In this document: one piece after another, positions 9,991-20,049 of the stretch
How positions within the stretch are numbered: the stretch's first letter is position 1
How the letters are laid out: each line of letters starts with the position of its first letter
Assembly (NCBI GenBank): GCA_963786955.1
Contig: CAWBAT010000009.1
Location: forward strand, 160,001 to 224,000
Origin: an uncultured Acidimicrobiia bacterium
GTDB lineage: Bacteria > Acidobacteriota > Terriglobia > Versatilivoradales > Versatilivoraceae
Direction: 5' to 3'
DNA length: 64,000 nucleotides
The notes under the pieces: generated by a model
Seen by the model: only the letters and a program-made list of their open reading frames with translations
What the model was told of the DNA's origin: nothing
Databases searched by the model: none
Program-made: the position numbers and the translations under genes

Positions 9991-10824
9991 ATGACTCTCA
10001 AGATCGCTGGCATCCAAATGATTCCCCGGTTGATGGAAAATGAATACAACCTCGACCAGATTCTGAGCTATCTGGAAATCGTCGCTAAAGAAAGGGCTGA
10101 ACTCGCTATTTTCCCGGAATGCGCGCTCTGCGGGTATTGCTTCGAGAGTCTCGAAGAAGCCTTGCCTTATGCCGAACCCATCCCGGGCCCTTCGACACTC
10201 AAGGTCGCCGCACTTTGCAACAGGCTCACTATCCACGCCGTCCTCGGATTGTTGGAAAAAGAGGGTGACCATGTCTTTAATGCGGCCGTGCTCATTGGAC
10301 CGCAAGGTATTATCGGAAAATATCGCAAGATTCATTTGCCCGGCCTGGGTATAGACAAGTATGTGCAACCGGGTGATCTTGGCTTCCCTGTGTACGACAC
10401 AGCGATCGGAAGAATCGGTTTGAACATTTGTTATGACGGCGCCTTCCCTGAAGGCGCCCGGGTTATGGCACTGAAGGGGGCGGATCTCATCGCCCTCCCC
10501 ACCAATTGGCCAACCGGGGCAGAAGAATTTGCCGAGTACTTGATTAACGCGCGGGGACTGGAAAATAACCTATTCTATGCAGCGGTGAATAGGGTCGGTG
10601 TTGAACGCGGATTCCGTTTTATTGGACGAAGTCGAATCGTGGATGTCCACGGGAAGACCTTGGCCTTAGCCAGCTCGGACCAGGAAGAAGTTCTCTATGC
10701 TGAAATCGATCCGCTCAAAGCGAGAGAGAAGCGAATTGTCCGGGTGCCCGGGAAACATGAAATCCATCGATTTAATGACCGGAGGCCGGAATTCTACGGA
10801 GAGATCGTTCGACCTAAGAATTGA
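9991..10824 (+). CDS. Carbon-nitrogen hydrolase (nitrilase superfamily)
   Basis: Glu-Lys-Cys triad in IFPE, YRKIHL, ICYD. Confidence 0.93.
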   Translation: MTLKIAGIQMIPRLMENEYNLDQILSYLEIVAKERAELAIFPECALCGYCFESLEEALPYAEPIPGPSTLKVAALCNRLTIHAVLGLLEKEGDHVFNAAVLIGPQGIIGKYRKIHLPGLGIDKYVQPGDLGFPVYDTAIGRIGLNICYDGAFPEGARVMALKGADLIALPTNWPTGAEEFAEYLINARGLENNLFYAAVNRVGVERGFRFIGRSRIVDVHGKTLALASSDQEEVLYAEIDPLKAREKRIVRVPGKHEIHRFNDRRPEFYGEIVRPKN

Positions 10825-10942
10825 CAGGATTCCTTAATTAGAAAATGGTGAAGCTGGCGCGCGGGACCGCTGTCCCTCTGCGCACGCTTCTAGGCAGTTC
10901 AGGCTGTTTGGAAGCAGGCAGGGACGTTGATATAACAAGTTT

Positions 10943-10993
10943 GTAGTGCGGCTTTTCAGGCCGCTTAAGGGCAGGCGGGGACGCCTGCACTAC
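10943..10993. repeat. GTAG-type REP doublet
   Basis: GTAGTGCGGCTTTTCAGGCCGC...GCAGGCGGGGACGCCTGCACTAC between convergent genes. Confidence 0.75.
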
Positions 10994-11095
10994 AATTTTG
11001 TGCTGCGGCCAGACAGAGCACGTGTTTCACCGCAAAAAATCGCAAAACGATGGAGCTGTCGGCATTTAGCATTCGACATTTCTTTCAAATGGTCG

Positions 11096-12847
11096 TCACA
11101 GCACAGGTCCTTTGTCCCCAGGAATGAGGATCTGTCGTACAAACTTTAGTGGGATCCCACCCTGTTTAACGAAATTGGTGTGAAATTCCTCCAGCGTAAA
11201 GGCTGGCCCTTTTGCTTTCTGATAATCGTCACGCAGTTTATAGATCATCAGTTTCCCCAGAGTGTAATAGAGGTAGGTGGGGTTATAGGCTCCTCGTCTC
11301 GCTTCTTCATAAGCATTGGCCCTTTCTTCAAACGCTTTTTCAACGATAAAATCGGAGCCTTGCTCAACGGTCCAGCCCTTTACATGCAGCTGAATGCCCA
11401 CAACGTAGCGACAATCTCGCAGCAGTGCCTCTTGTAATTGAGCCAACTTAACTTTCAAATCCCCATTTCCGAATCCCTGGGCCAGCATCATTTGCTCGGT
11501 ATAATGAGCCCAGCCTTCCACGTTGGTCCCGCAGAAAACTAATTTGCGCGTCTTGGTCGGAAACTGTTTTGAATAGAGAAACTGGAGATAATGCCCCGGG
11601 TAAGCTTCGTGGATGGTGATGACATCCATGACCGGACGATTGAAAAGGCGGAGGTGCTCTTCTTTATGTTTACGATCCCAGTCCTTTTCGACTGGTGTGA
11701 TGTAATAAAAGGCCTCCGTCGCCTTAGTTTCATAAGGACCAGGACTATCCATAGAAGCAAAGCTGCCGGACCTCTGGTAGAGCGGAGTTTCCGTAATGGT
11801 GGGAAGAACCATAGACGGAACAATGACGATTCTCTTGTCCAACACAAACTGACGGATGCTTTCCACCGTCTGTTTGGCGGAATCAATCAGTTCGGACTCT
11901 TTGGGATATGCATCAGAAATCGATTTCATCACCTGCACCGGCGATTTTGCCGGGTCGATCTTTTTGGCAGTTTCAATAAAATCGTTATAGTCTTTTTCCA
12001 GGTTTGCTTCCCCAATTCTCAACAACTGTTCGATCGGGATGTCCACACGCTCTTCGTAAAGCAACTTCTTGGCAAAAGCATCGGCGCCGATGGCAAAATT
12101 CCCTTTGGAATTGGGAAGAAGGTCTTGTCTTAACCAGGTTTCTGCCTTTTTCAAGCTTTCAATCACCTGCTGATTCGCCTGGCTAAATTCCTTAAATAGC
12201 TCCGCGTTCGGACCGGCAGATTCCTTGGCCCAGCGGCTTACGGTAACTTGGAAGAATTCTTTGGACCCTCGACTCAGCCGAATAGCCAAATCTGTAAATT
12301 CCTTTGGAGAATTCGAAACATTCTGTCTCATCGCCTGATAGATCAACGGGATCTGCTTTAGCCTGGCAATGACAGATCGCAGCCTTTCCGATGGAGGAGC
12401 AAAATCTCTTTTCATCAACAAATCGACGCTTCCCCCTGCCACAGCAATATAGGGCATCGGATTCTTCTTCCATCCTTGGAGGGATTCCAAATCTTGTAAC
12501 TCCGCTTGAATCTGACCATCAAGAATCTCCGCATCGATGGAATCGGTCTCGTTGAGAGTTCGTGCGCGCAGCCCATCGAGGCGAGTCTTGAACCCTTTCA
12601 GTGACTGAATCCTCGCGCGGATGGCTTCGGACGAGAGGTCTTCAAGCTTCGTATCGTATTGATGAAATCCGGCGGCCGTTCCATTTGCCGGGCTAAAATC
12701 AAAAAGGGCCTTGAAATAGTCATCGACATAAGCCGAGAAGTCAGCGGCCGGAGTCTCGGCTGAGGCCGGCGATTCATGGCGGCTGCCACATCCCAGTCCG
12801 AAACCCAATGCTAGGCATAGCAACAAAAGATTGATTTTTTTGAGCAT
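11096..12847 (-). CDS. DUF885 family lipoprotein (metallopeptidase-like)
   Basis: HEAYPGHYLQ, EGWAHYTE, YYTLGKL. Start at MLKKINLLLLCLALGFGLGC (lipobox-like) with SD GGGGAGGG. Confidence 0.9.
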   Translation of the reverse strand: MLKKINLLLLCLALGFGLGCGSRHESPASAETPAADFSAYVDDYFKALFDFSPANGTAAGFHQYDTKLEDLSSEAIRARIQSLKGFKTRLDGLRARTLNETDSIDAEILDGQIQAELQDLESLQGWKKNPMPYIAVAGGSVDLLMKRDFAPPSERLRSVIARLKQIPLIYQAMRQNVSNSPKEFTDLAIRLSRGSKEFFQVTVSRWAKESAGPNAELFKEFSQANQQVIESLKKAETWLRQDLLPNSKGNFAIGADAFAKKLLYEERVDIPIEQLLRIGEANLEKDYNDFIETAKKIDPAKSPVQVMKSISDAYPKESELIDSAKQTVESIRQFVLDKRIVIVPSMVLPTITETPLYQRSGSFASMDSPGPYETKATEAFYYITPVEKDWDRKHKEEHLRLFNRPVMDVITIHEAYPGHYLQFLYSKQFPTKTRKLVFCGTNVEGWAHYTEQMMLAQGFGNGDLKVKLAQLQEALLRDCRYVVGIQLHVKGWTVEQGSDFIVEKAFEERANAYEEARRGAYNPTYLYYTLGKLMIYKLRDDYQKAKGPAFTLEEFHTNFVKQGGIPLKFVRQILIPGDKGPVL

Positions 12848-12883
12848 CCCTCCCCCTATCGAAAGCATGTTAAACTGCCCCCT

Positions 12884-13630
12884 ATGAATTATCGCTATCG
12901 TAACACGACTGTCTCGTTTGGTGGTCCGCTGACTCCAGTTGTCCGAAATATCATTATTGCCTGCGTGCTCGTGTATGTCCTGGAACTTATTTCCGGGAAC
13001 GCGATCTTGTATTACTTCAGCCTCACCCCCGTTTTGTTCATACAGAAATTTTATTTTTGGCAGCTTTTTACTTACCTCTTTCTCCACGATCGACACGGTA
13101 TTTTACATCTCCTCTTCAACATGTTGAGCCTTTTTATGTTCGGGTGTGAATTGGAACGGTATTGGGGGAGTAAACGATTCCTGCAATTTTACGTTTTGAC
13201 AGGCGTTGGCGCTGGTCTTTGCGTGTTGCTGATCCCGTCAAATTATTACACTTCCACCATAGGCGCCTCGGGGGCAATTTACGGAGTGCTCTTGGCTTAC
13301 GGACTGACTTTTCCAGATCGGGTCCTCTACCTGTACATGCTTTTCCCGCTGCAAGCGCGATATTTTGTGATCATTATTGGAGCGATCACTTTTCTGACCA
13401 CTCTTTCAAGCTCAAATACAGGGATTTCCAATGCAGCCCATCTGGGCGGCATGATTTTTGCTTATCTTTACTTGAAGAGCCAGAAGGCGTATCGAAGCCG
13501 CCCTCGGATTCAGGGGTTCAACCTGAAAGAAGCTTATTACCAATGGAAATTACGGCGCGCGCGTCGAAAATTTGATGTGTATCTCAATAAAAAAGATCGC
13601 GGGAGAGATAAGGACGAAATGATCCATTAG
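12884..13630 (+). CDS. Rhomboid family intramembrane serine protease
   Basis: WQLFTYLFLH, HLLFNM, GASG, AHLGG. Confidence 0.95.
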   Translation: MNYRYRNTTVSFGGPLTPVVRNIIIACVLVYVLELISGNAILYYFSLTPVLFIQKFYFWQLFTYLFLHDRHGILHLLFNMLSLFMFGCELERYWGSKRFLQFYVLTGVGAGLCVLLIPSNYYTSTIGASGAIYGVLLAYGLTFPDRVLYLYMLFPLQARYFVIIIGAITFLTTLSSSNTGISNAAHLGGMIFAYLYLKSQKAYRSRPRIQGFNLKEAYYQWKLRRARRKFDVYLNKKDRGRDKDEMIH

Positions 13631-13678
13631 CCACCAGCGTGAAAAATCATTTCGAAATACCATATCGGCACCCAGAAT

Positions 13679-14716
13679 CTATTCATTCGCGGCGTAGATG
13701 GTTGTTCGACTTCGAACCCGGTAACTCGGATTTTTCACTTCAACCTGTATTTTTCGCAACGTGGCTTCATTCCAGGAATTCTTCGAATAATACGCGAGAC
13801 TGAAGGTATTGCGCAGTTCATGGGCAATTTCTGAGTACTTCCCCGAAAGATCTGCCAAGTCCCCTACTAGATAGATGCGACCGCCTGACTCTTCGGAGAT
13901 CACTTGCAGCCGTTCCGTTTGGATTTGATAGACCTCCTCAAGGACGGAGAGACTAGCCCTAGCATTCCGCACGTACGGGTCATCTTCCGCATGTTTCTTA
14001 ATATATTCTTCCAGATAGCTCTCTTGCTGTTTCTTATTAAGAATGGTGATTGGGTAGAGGACTGCATCGGCCTGGGCCATGAGTCGGCGTAATCCCTCAA
14101 ACTTGATCTTGCTCGAATTCTCCATCCCATCACTGAGAATGACAATCGCTTTCCGGCCCGTCTTGAGGTCACGAAGGGACTTTGAGGCTAAGGCAATCCC
14201 GTCATAAACTTTTGAGCCTCCATACGGGTAGGTCACAATGGATTGAATCGCATTTTTTAGGGCTCTGCGATCGTTCGTGAAGTTGTGCAACTGGCGGACA
14301 AAGGCATTAATTTCGCCTAAAGCAATCTGGTCTTCGGGCCTAAGCTCGTCCACAAAATTGGAGGCTGCCTTCTTAATCAGTGGCAGGTTGTTCCGTGTAC
14401 TGCTGCTGCTATCCAGGATCATCACGAGGTGAAAGGGAGCTTCAACAGGATAAAAACTGCTTATTTCCTGTTCAACCCCATCCTCATAGACGGTGAAGTC
14501 CTCTTTCTTAAGGTTAGTGACATTGGCACCACTTTCTTCAACGACGGTGAGATTGAGTACCACCAGATCCACATCAACCCGAAGAGAGAATGGCCCCTCA
14601 TCTTGCTTTGAATTCTCTTCTTGTTTTTCTTGCGCGGAAAGAAATAGGGCAAAAAGGAGCACCGCCCCGATGCCCGATATCCATCCAATCGTCTTCGCAA
14701 AAGAATTTCTCATCAT
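13679..14716 (-). CDS. Acidobacterial-type VWA domain protein (exported)
   Basis: LRVDVDLVVLNLTV...LKKEDFTVYEDGVEQEI, MIDAS DSSSS, KAIVILSDG, ESGGR. Start set at MMRNSF; the longer ORF start runs through a MITE. Confidence 0.88.
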   Translation of the reverse strand: MMRNSFAKTIGWISGIGAVLLFALFLSAQEKQEENSKQDEGPFSLRVDVDLVVLNLTVVEESGANVTNLKKEDFTVYEDGVEQEISSFYPVEAPFHLVMILDSSSSTRNNLPLIKKAASNFVDELRPEDQIALGEINAFVRQLHNFTNDRRALKNAIQSIVTYPYGGSKVYDGIALASKSLRDLKTGRKAIVILSDGMENSSKIKFEGLRRLMAQADAVLYPITILNKKQQESYLEEYIKKHAEDDPYVRNARASLSVLEEVYQIQTERLQVISEESGGRIYLVGDLADLSGKYSEIAHELRNTFSLAYYSKNSWNEATLRKIQVEVKNPSYRVRSRTTIYAANE

Positions 14717-14726
14717 CGCAACCTTG

Positions 14727-14853
14727 GTACTGCATTTCATAAATACGGTGACGTTAACGCCGGGTCGGTGACCCGGCCTACAACTTTGTAGGCCGCGTGA
14801 CCCCACGCGGCGCCTAACCTCAGGAACGTCACCGTAATTACGAATAGCAGTAC
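14727..14853. mobile_element. 127-bp MITE-like element (shell B) with internal REP doublet, copy 1
   Basis: Imperfect TIR GTACTGCATTTCATAAATACGGTGACGTT / AACGTCACCGTAATTACGAATAGCAGTAC; inverted homolog at 60390-60516. Confidence 0.8.
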
Positions 14854-14959
14854 TTAGTGTAACACAGCTCGCGTTGCGCTGGACAATGGCGCACAATCGG
14901 GCTAACTTTCCTTGAAGAATCCCAATCCTGTCGCTGAATTTCTACTTGAAGGAGAATGT

Positions 14960-15289
14960 ATGAGTGTGAATGTCGCTCCGGTCACTCTCAGAAATTTGCT
15001 GAAATTGGGAGTTGTCGGGCTGGTTCTAAGAAGGAACGGTCCTTTGCAGGCATATGCCCAACCTTCGGCCGGACTCGCAATGCAAGCGACTGCCCAGTCA
15101 TCCGCACCCAGACCTGAAACAGACTTTGTCAAGATCGACGGCAATGAAAATCCGTTGAGATTGACGGAGCAAGCCATTGGCAGATCGGCGTGGAGGATCG
15201 AAAACGGCAGTCACGCCTGGAGGAGTTTGGGATCCGTTTCTTGCGTTTTCCTGACATTATGCTCAAGCGCGACAAAAACAATGTGTTGA
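14960..15289 (+). pseudogene. Degenerate 5' remnant of a Tat-signal PLP aminotransferase (HisC-like)
   Basis: SD AAGGAG, decayed twin-Arg-like TLRNLLKLG, then FVKIDGNENPL (compare the HisC-family xxxNENP motif); no recognisable continuation. Confidence 0.5.
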
Positions 15290-15631
15290 GTTCAATTCAG
15301 GCGTGGATTGAGGAGGAGGAAGAAAAACCCGCGTCCCGCAATTACAGGAAAACCTCGACCCACCCCTGAGGCTAATGACGCGTGAAGGCTTCTCAATCCT
15401 TCACTCCCCTCCCGAGATGGGACTTGATCTTCCTCCTCCGGAAGGGTGTAGGGCTCGGTTTGTGCGTGACGAAAGGCGGGGCGGATCCCCACGCTACCAT
15501 GCCGGCGTCGCAGAGCTCCGCCCTCCAACTAGCCGCACTACTAAAGGGTTGAGAGAGCGGGCAACTTGATTGGCTAAAAAGCCTCAAGCTAGTCCGAATG
15601 GATCTTCATTAGGAATTCGAGGGGTTTTGAT

Positions 15632-16960
15632 CTAATGTACCCGGCGGGCTCTGCGACCCAGCGAGGCCTGCTGGATGACAGGTGGTGGATTGACTCCGGC
15701 CAACTCCTTCTCCCAGAAATCTCGCTTCGTTTCAAACGACTGCAAAGACTCTGATTTGAGTGGGGCTGAAGGTTGAAACTTTACGGATAAGGGGTTGATC
15801 AGGCGGCCGCGCCGCGCAATGCGGTAGTCTAGGTGAGGTCCTGTGGCCATTCCCGTCATGCCAACGTACCCAATAACCTGGCCTTGCTTCACCGTCACTC
15901 CAGGCCGAATCCCTGTAGCAAAACGGGAGAGATGACCGTACATCGTGTTGAGTTCTCCACTATGGCTAATCTCAATGAATTTCCCGAAACCACTTTTCCA
16001 ATTGGCAAATTGGACCCGTCCATTTCCAGCGGCATAGACGGGGGTCCCGATGGCAGCGGAGTAATCTACGGCCAGATGGGGGCGATAAGAATTCAACAGC
16101 GGATGGAAGCGGCTTTTACTGAATGTCGAACTGATGTGTGAGAATTTGATAGGAGATTTCAACAGCTCTCTTTTCAATGCACGACCTTGAGCATCATAAT
16201 ATTCGCCTCTCCCACTAGAATCTTTAAAGTAATAGGCAGAATAGAGTTTTCCGTTGTTATTGAACTCGGCGGCTAAGATTTTTCCATATTTAACAAAGCT
16301 GCCGTTGCGGTAGAGTTTTTCAACCGCCAGTTTAAAGGAGTCAGAAGGCCTCAACTCGCTATGAAAGTCGATGTCATAAGAGAAGATCTCCGCCAGTTCC
16401 AAGGCCAGCTGGTCTCCTTCATGCAAGTCTTCCAGAGAACGGAAAAGAGAGGTTTTAATTGAGCCGGCAATCAATTCCGTTTTCGCATCATACCCAACGG
16501 GGCGCATCTCGGCTTTATAGCCTTCCCGGGTCAGTGTCACGTGAACGCATTGATCGGAATCGATGTTGTAGCTGAAGGTCTTTAAAGTACCATCGGGTAA
16601 TTTCTCCAATTCAAATCGGTTGCCTACGATCAAGCTTTTGATGTTGCAAATCGGCTTGGTCACGATAACCAATTGCTGAATCAGGTCGGGAGAAAGATTG
16701 TACGAGGTCAGAACGTCACTCAGGTTAGTTTTTTTCTGAATCTTCCCTTCGAATTTCTCAACAGGGATTAATGCCGGGATAGTCTGCATGTCCAAGCTGA
16801 GTTGAGGAGAAAGGCTCAATTCTCCTTTTTTGATGAATTGAACAATCCCGCCATACAACGCCAGACTAACCATGATGACGTTTATAAAAAGAAGGGTCTT
16901 ATTCTCTTTATAATTCCAGCTGTTCTTCAGCGTGAATGTATGAACCAGCCTTTTCCACAT
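15632..16960 (-). CDS. M23 family peptidoglycan DD-endopeptidase (MepM-like)
   Basis: HLAVDYSA (HxxxD), TMYGHLS, GMATGPHLDY; N-terminal TM anchor. Exact start uncertain. Confidence 0.92.
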   Translation of the reverse strand: MWKRLVHTFTLKNSWNYKENKTLLFINVIMVSLALYGGIVQFIKKGELSLSPQLSLDMQTIPALIPVEKFEGKIQKKTNLSDVLTSYNLSPDLIQQLVIVTKPICNIKSLIVGNRFELEKLPDGTLKTFSYNIDSDQCVHVTLTREGYKAEMRPVGYDAKTELIAGSIKTSLFRSLEDLHEGDQLALELAEIFSYDIDFHSELRPSDSFKLAVEKLYRNGSFVKYGKILAAEFNNNGKLYSAYYFKDSSGRGEYYDAQGRALKRELLKSPIKFSHISSTFSKSRFHPLLNSYRPHLAVDYSAAIGTPVYAAGNGRVQFANWKSGFGKFIEISHSGELNTMYGHLSRFATGIRPGVTVKQGQVIGYVGMTGMATGPHLDYRIARRGRLINPLSVKFQPSAPLKSESLQSFETKRDFWEKELAGVNPPPVIQQASLGRRARRVH

Positions 16961-17024
16961 CACGGCTCTCCTTGCCAATTCAAAAACGAGCTTCAATTTG
17001 CAACCCCATGAAATGAGAATAGAT

Positions 17025-17053
17025 ATGCTAGCAAAACCTCTTCATCAGTTCAA
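17025..17053 (-). promoter_or_regulatory. Probable sigma70 promoter of the M23 peptidase gene
   Basis: TTGAAC-17 nt-TAGCAT with TGn extension. Confidence 0.45.
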
Positions 17054-17272
17054 TCAATTAATGCAGCGTCTGTGCACTTAAGTCAGAGATGCCCAATTCT
17101 GACTGAATTAGAAATGTCCGGCCCGTAGCCATTAGGATAACATTATGTTTCTAAATGAGGACCGATGGGTTCGGACATCCCCGGAGAGGCCGACAAACCC
17201 CTTGGAGAAGAGCTGAACCGTGCCGCCTGAAGGCACAGCCAGCGGTTCGTTCCCGACACAGAAACTAGGGGA

Positions 17273-17481
17273 ATTACTTGAAACAGAGAAGGATAGTGAA
17301 GATCGGATATATTCCCACCTTAATTCCCAGCCGTGGCTACTCCCCCCACCTGCTCCCTGATGACCTTGGCCAGCACGCTCCCGTGTTCGGCCTCCAACAG
17401 GGTTTTAGGATCGACACGCCCAAACATGTCCAGCAGTGGGGCGATCAGACCGGTCCACCCTGTCTGGTGGCTGGCCCCGAG
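17273..17481 (-). pseudogene. Duplicate remnant: last 53 codons of the GH63-like glucosidase plus first codons of a GH13 gene; direct repeat of 20202-20410
   Basis: LGASHQTGWTGLIAPLLDMFGRVDPKTLLEAEHGSVLAKVIREQVGGVATAGN* matches the intact gene end at 44/53 residues by hand count. Confidence 0.92.
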
Positions 17482-18533
17482 TGCGTGCCGTACTCCAGGA
17501 GAGTCGGCGTACCACTGACCTTGCCGCCAAAGTGACGGGCGATAAAGAGGATGTAGCCGATGGCCATGACGAACGCCACCGGCCACCAGACAAGGCCGAT
17601 CCGCAGGCTACCCTCCGCAGTTCCCCCTTCAAACGCCGTTATGGAATGTTCGGTCGCAATCGTTGACTTGAGCATGACGGGAAAGACTCCCACGGCGGCA
17701 CTGCCCAGGAGTCCGAGGATGATTGCGCATCCCCCCAAGAAGGTCCGGCGCTCCTCGCGCGTCCATACTCCCGTCGCGACCGCCCAGATCCCACCAACTA
17801 GCACGGCAACGAACGCCCAGGCCAACGGCCTGGATGCGATCCCCGCGAACAGTTCCCGACGCACATACCAGGTCATGGCCGTCAGGACCGGCAGGAACAC
17901 GACTGTGGTCAACCAAAGTCGCCCCGCCTGGCGGTTAGCCTCCTGGTTGACTTTGCCATCCGTGCGCAACGCCAGGTAGGAGGCACCATGCGCGGCGAGG
18001 CAGACGAGCGTGAACGCCGCCACCGAAACCGTGTACCAATCGAGGATTCCGACCGCACCGCGGACCCCGAAGTGGGTGAAGAGCGGGAGGCTGAACCTGC
18101 CCTTCGGGCTAAGCGGAACACCTCTAAGGATGTTCCCAAAGGCCGCGCCCAGCAGGATCGCGAGGAGCGCACTGGACAGAGCGAAGGCGATGTCCCAGAA
18201 CGCGCGCCAGAGGCGATCTTTGATGAGGCCAGCTAGCTCGATCGCCATGCCCCGTCCGATCAGTGCCCACAGCACCATCATCAGAGCCAGGTAAAATCCC
18301 GAGAAGGCGGTCCCCATGACCGCGGGAAACGCGAGCACCAGGACTCCGCCCGCGGCAATCAGCCAGGACTCATGCCAGAGCCAGAACGGTCCGATGGCGC
18401 TGATGACGGTGCGCCGGTCTGCATCGCTCTTTCCGATGGCGAGGTGGAGCACACCCGCGCCAATGTCCCAGCCGTCGAGGATGACGAACAGTCCAACCAT
18501 CAGGACCAGAACCGCGTACCAGAGTTCAACCAT
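17445..18533 (-). CDS. cydB: Cytochrome bd ubiquinol oxidase subunit II
   Basis: ILDGWDIGAG, IGPFW..ESWLIAAGG..AFP, FSGFY; follows cydA. The last ~11 residues come from the duplicate remnant. Confidence 0.93.
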   Translation of the reverse strand: MVELWYAVLVLMVGLFVILDGWDIGAGVLHLAIGKSDADRRTVISAIGPFWLWHESWLIAAGGVLVLAFPAVMGTAFSGFYLALMMVLWALIGRGMAIELAGLIKDRLWRAFWDIAFALSSALLAILLGAAFGNILRGVPLSPKGRFSLPLFTHFGVRGAVGILDWYTVSVAAFTLVCLAAHGASYLALRTDGKVNQEANRQAGRLWLTTVVFLPVLTAMTWYVRRELFAGIASRPLAWAFVAVLVGGIWAVATGVWTREERRTFLGGCAIILGLLGSAAVGVFPVMLKSTIATEHSITAFEGGTAEGSLRIGLVWWPVAFVMAIGYILFIARHFGGKVSGTPTLLEYGTHSGPATRQGGPV

Positions 18534-19893
18534 GGATCACCTCCGGGACGTGGCCTTTCTTTTCAACGTGGCCCGACTCCTCGGGGCCGTGAACGATCTC
18601 CAGCCGAACCAGAAACAGGAAGAGCAGGCCCAGGACCAAATACAGGCCGCAGAAGCCTACCAACGAGAACAGGGCGTCTCCGGAGTGTACGGCGGGGCTG
18701 GCACCCTGGGAAGTGCGGAACAGCCCGTAGACCAGCCAGGGCTGCCGTCCCAGTTCCGCCGCCATCCAGCCGGCTGTCGTGGCGATGTAAGGGAACGGGA
18801 AGGCCAACATGAGGAGCCCAAGCAGGGGACGGTTGCTGTACAACTTCCCCCGAAATCGCTGTAGGTTGGCTAGTCCCATGAGCCCGATGAAGAGCGTGCC
18901 CAGCCCCGCCATGATGTGGAAGGCGTAGTAAAGGAGCTCAATGTTGTCCGGCCATTGATCCTTCGGGAACGCGTCGAGTCCAGCGACCTCGCTGTGGAAC
19001 GTTCCGTAGGCGAGAAAGCTTAACATCCCCGGCAGTTTGACCGGGTTGTCAAGCCGCCGCTCATGCACGTTGGGCTGGCCGATGAGCGTGATCTCCGCCT
19101 TGGGACCGCTCTCGAAGCGGCCTTCCATCGCCGCGAGCGCGGCCGGCTGATGGCGGGCGACCATCTTCGCCTGTATGTCTCCGGTCGGGAAGGCGACAAG
19201 CAGGGACGAGGCCAGCCCGAGCGCCGTTCCCCAGCTCAGGAACAGGCGCGCCTGTTCCCGGTGGACCCCTTGGAGCGAGTAGAAGGCGCCTACGGCGGTG
19301 ACCACAAACGAGCCGGTCACGAGGGCGGCCGTCATGTTGTGCGCGTACAAGACTCCGGCCCAGGGATTGAGGAGGTAGGCTCCGATGTCCGTGAGCTGGA
19401 TCGTGGCTCCAGGCCCGGCAGTGTAACCCACCGGATACTGCATAAAGGCGTTCGTCACCAGGATGAAGTAGCCGGAGAGCCAGCTCCCGAGGAAAACCGC
19501 GAGGACGGCGACGAAGTGGCCCCTCGGGCCGAGGCGCTTTTCTCCCCAGATCATGGCCCCAATGAAGGCGCTCTCCAGCAAGAAGGCAAACATACCTTCC
19601 ATCGCGAGCGTCTGACCGATGACTCCTCCGGAGAACCGGGTGAATTCCGACCAGTTTGTCCCGAACTGGAACTCCATCGGGATGCCGGTCACGACGCCTA
19701 GCGCGAAGTTGATGCCGAAGATGCGGGACCAGAATCGGACGGCACGCGCGTAGCATTCGTCTCCCGTGCGGAGCGCCCGCCATCTCCAGAACACCAGGAT
19801 CGGCGCCAGCCCCATGGTCAACTGGGGGAAGAGATAGTGATACGTGATCGTGAAGGCGAATTGAAGCCGGTGCCAGAATAGTGCGTCATCCAT
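18526..19893 (-). CDS. cydA: Cytochrome bd ubiquinol oxidase subunit I
   Basis: RLQFAFTITYHYLFP, GIPMEFQFGTNW, QPAALAAMEG, AELGRQPW. Confidence 0.97.
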   Translation of the reverse strand: MDDALFWHRLQFAFTITYHYLFPQLTMGLAPILVFWRWRALRTGDECYARAVRFWSRIFGINFALGVVTGIPMEFQFGTNWSEFTRFSGGVIGQTLAMEGMFAFLLESAFIGAMIWGEKRLGPRGHFVAVLAVFLGSWLSGYFILVTNAFMQYPVGYTAGPGATIQLTDIGAYLLNPWAGVLYAHNMTAALVTGSFVVTAVGAFYSLQGVHREQARLFLSWGTALGLASSLLVAFPTGDIQAKMVARHQPAALAAMEGRFESGPKAEITLIGQPNVHERRLDNPVKLPGMLSFLAYGTFHSEVAGLDAFPKDQWPDNIELLYYAFHIMAGLGTLFIGLMGLANLQRFRGKLYSNRPLLGLLMLAFPFPYIATTAGWMAAELGRQPWLVYGLFRTSQGASPAVHSGDALFSLVGFCGLYLVLGLLFLFLVRLEIVHGPEESGHVEKKGHVPEVIHG

Positions 19894-20049
19894 GATTGTT
19901 CCTCGGTGCTTCTTTTACCAATTGTTGTTAAGCTGACAAAGGCATTCGCCTGGCAGTGACACTCACCGACCTGCTCGATCGGGTGAACAGGAAGGCAAGA
20001 TTCTCCGACGCAAAAAAACCATTGCGGATGAGAAGATCTCCCTCAACGT

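Noticed and set aside
12848-13096. N-terminal extension of the DUF885 ORF overlapping the rhomboid gene
   Set aside because: It is antisense to rhomboid; a lipoprotein signal and SD define the start at 12847.
17170-17265. Glycine riboswitch (GGAGA...GAAG motifs)
   Set aside because: The conserved CCGAAG / CTCTCAGG elements are missing and there is no plus-strand gene downstream. An Infernal search would settle it.
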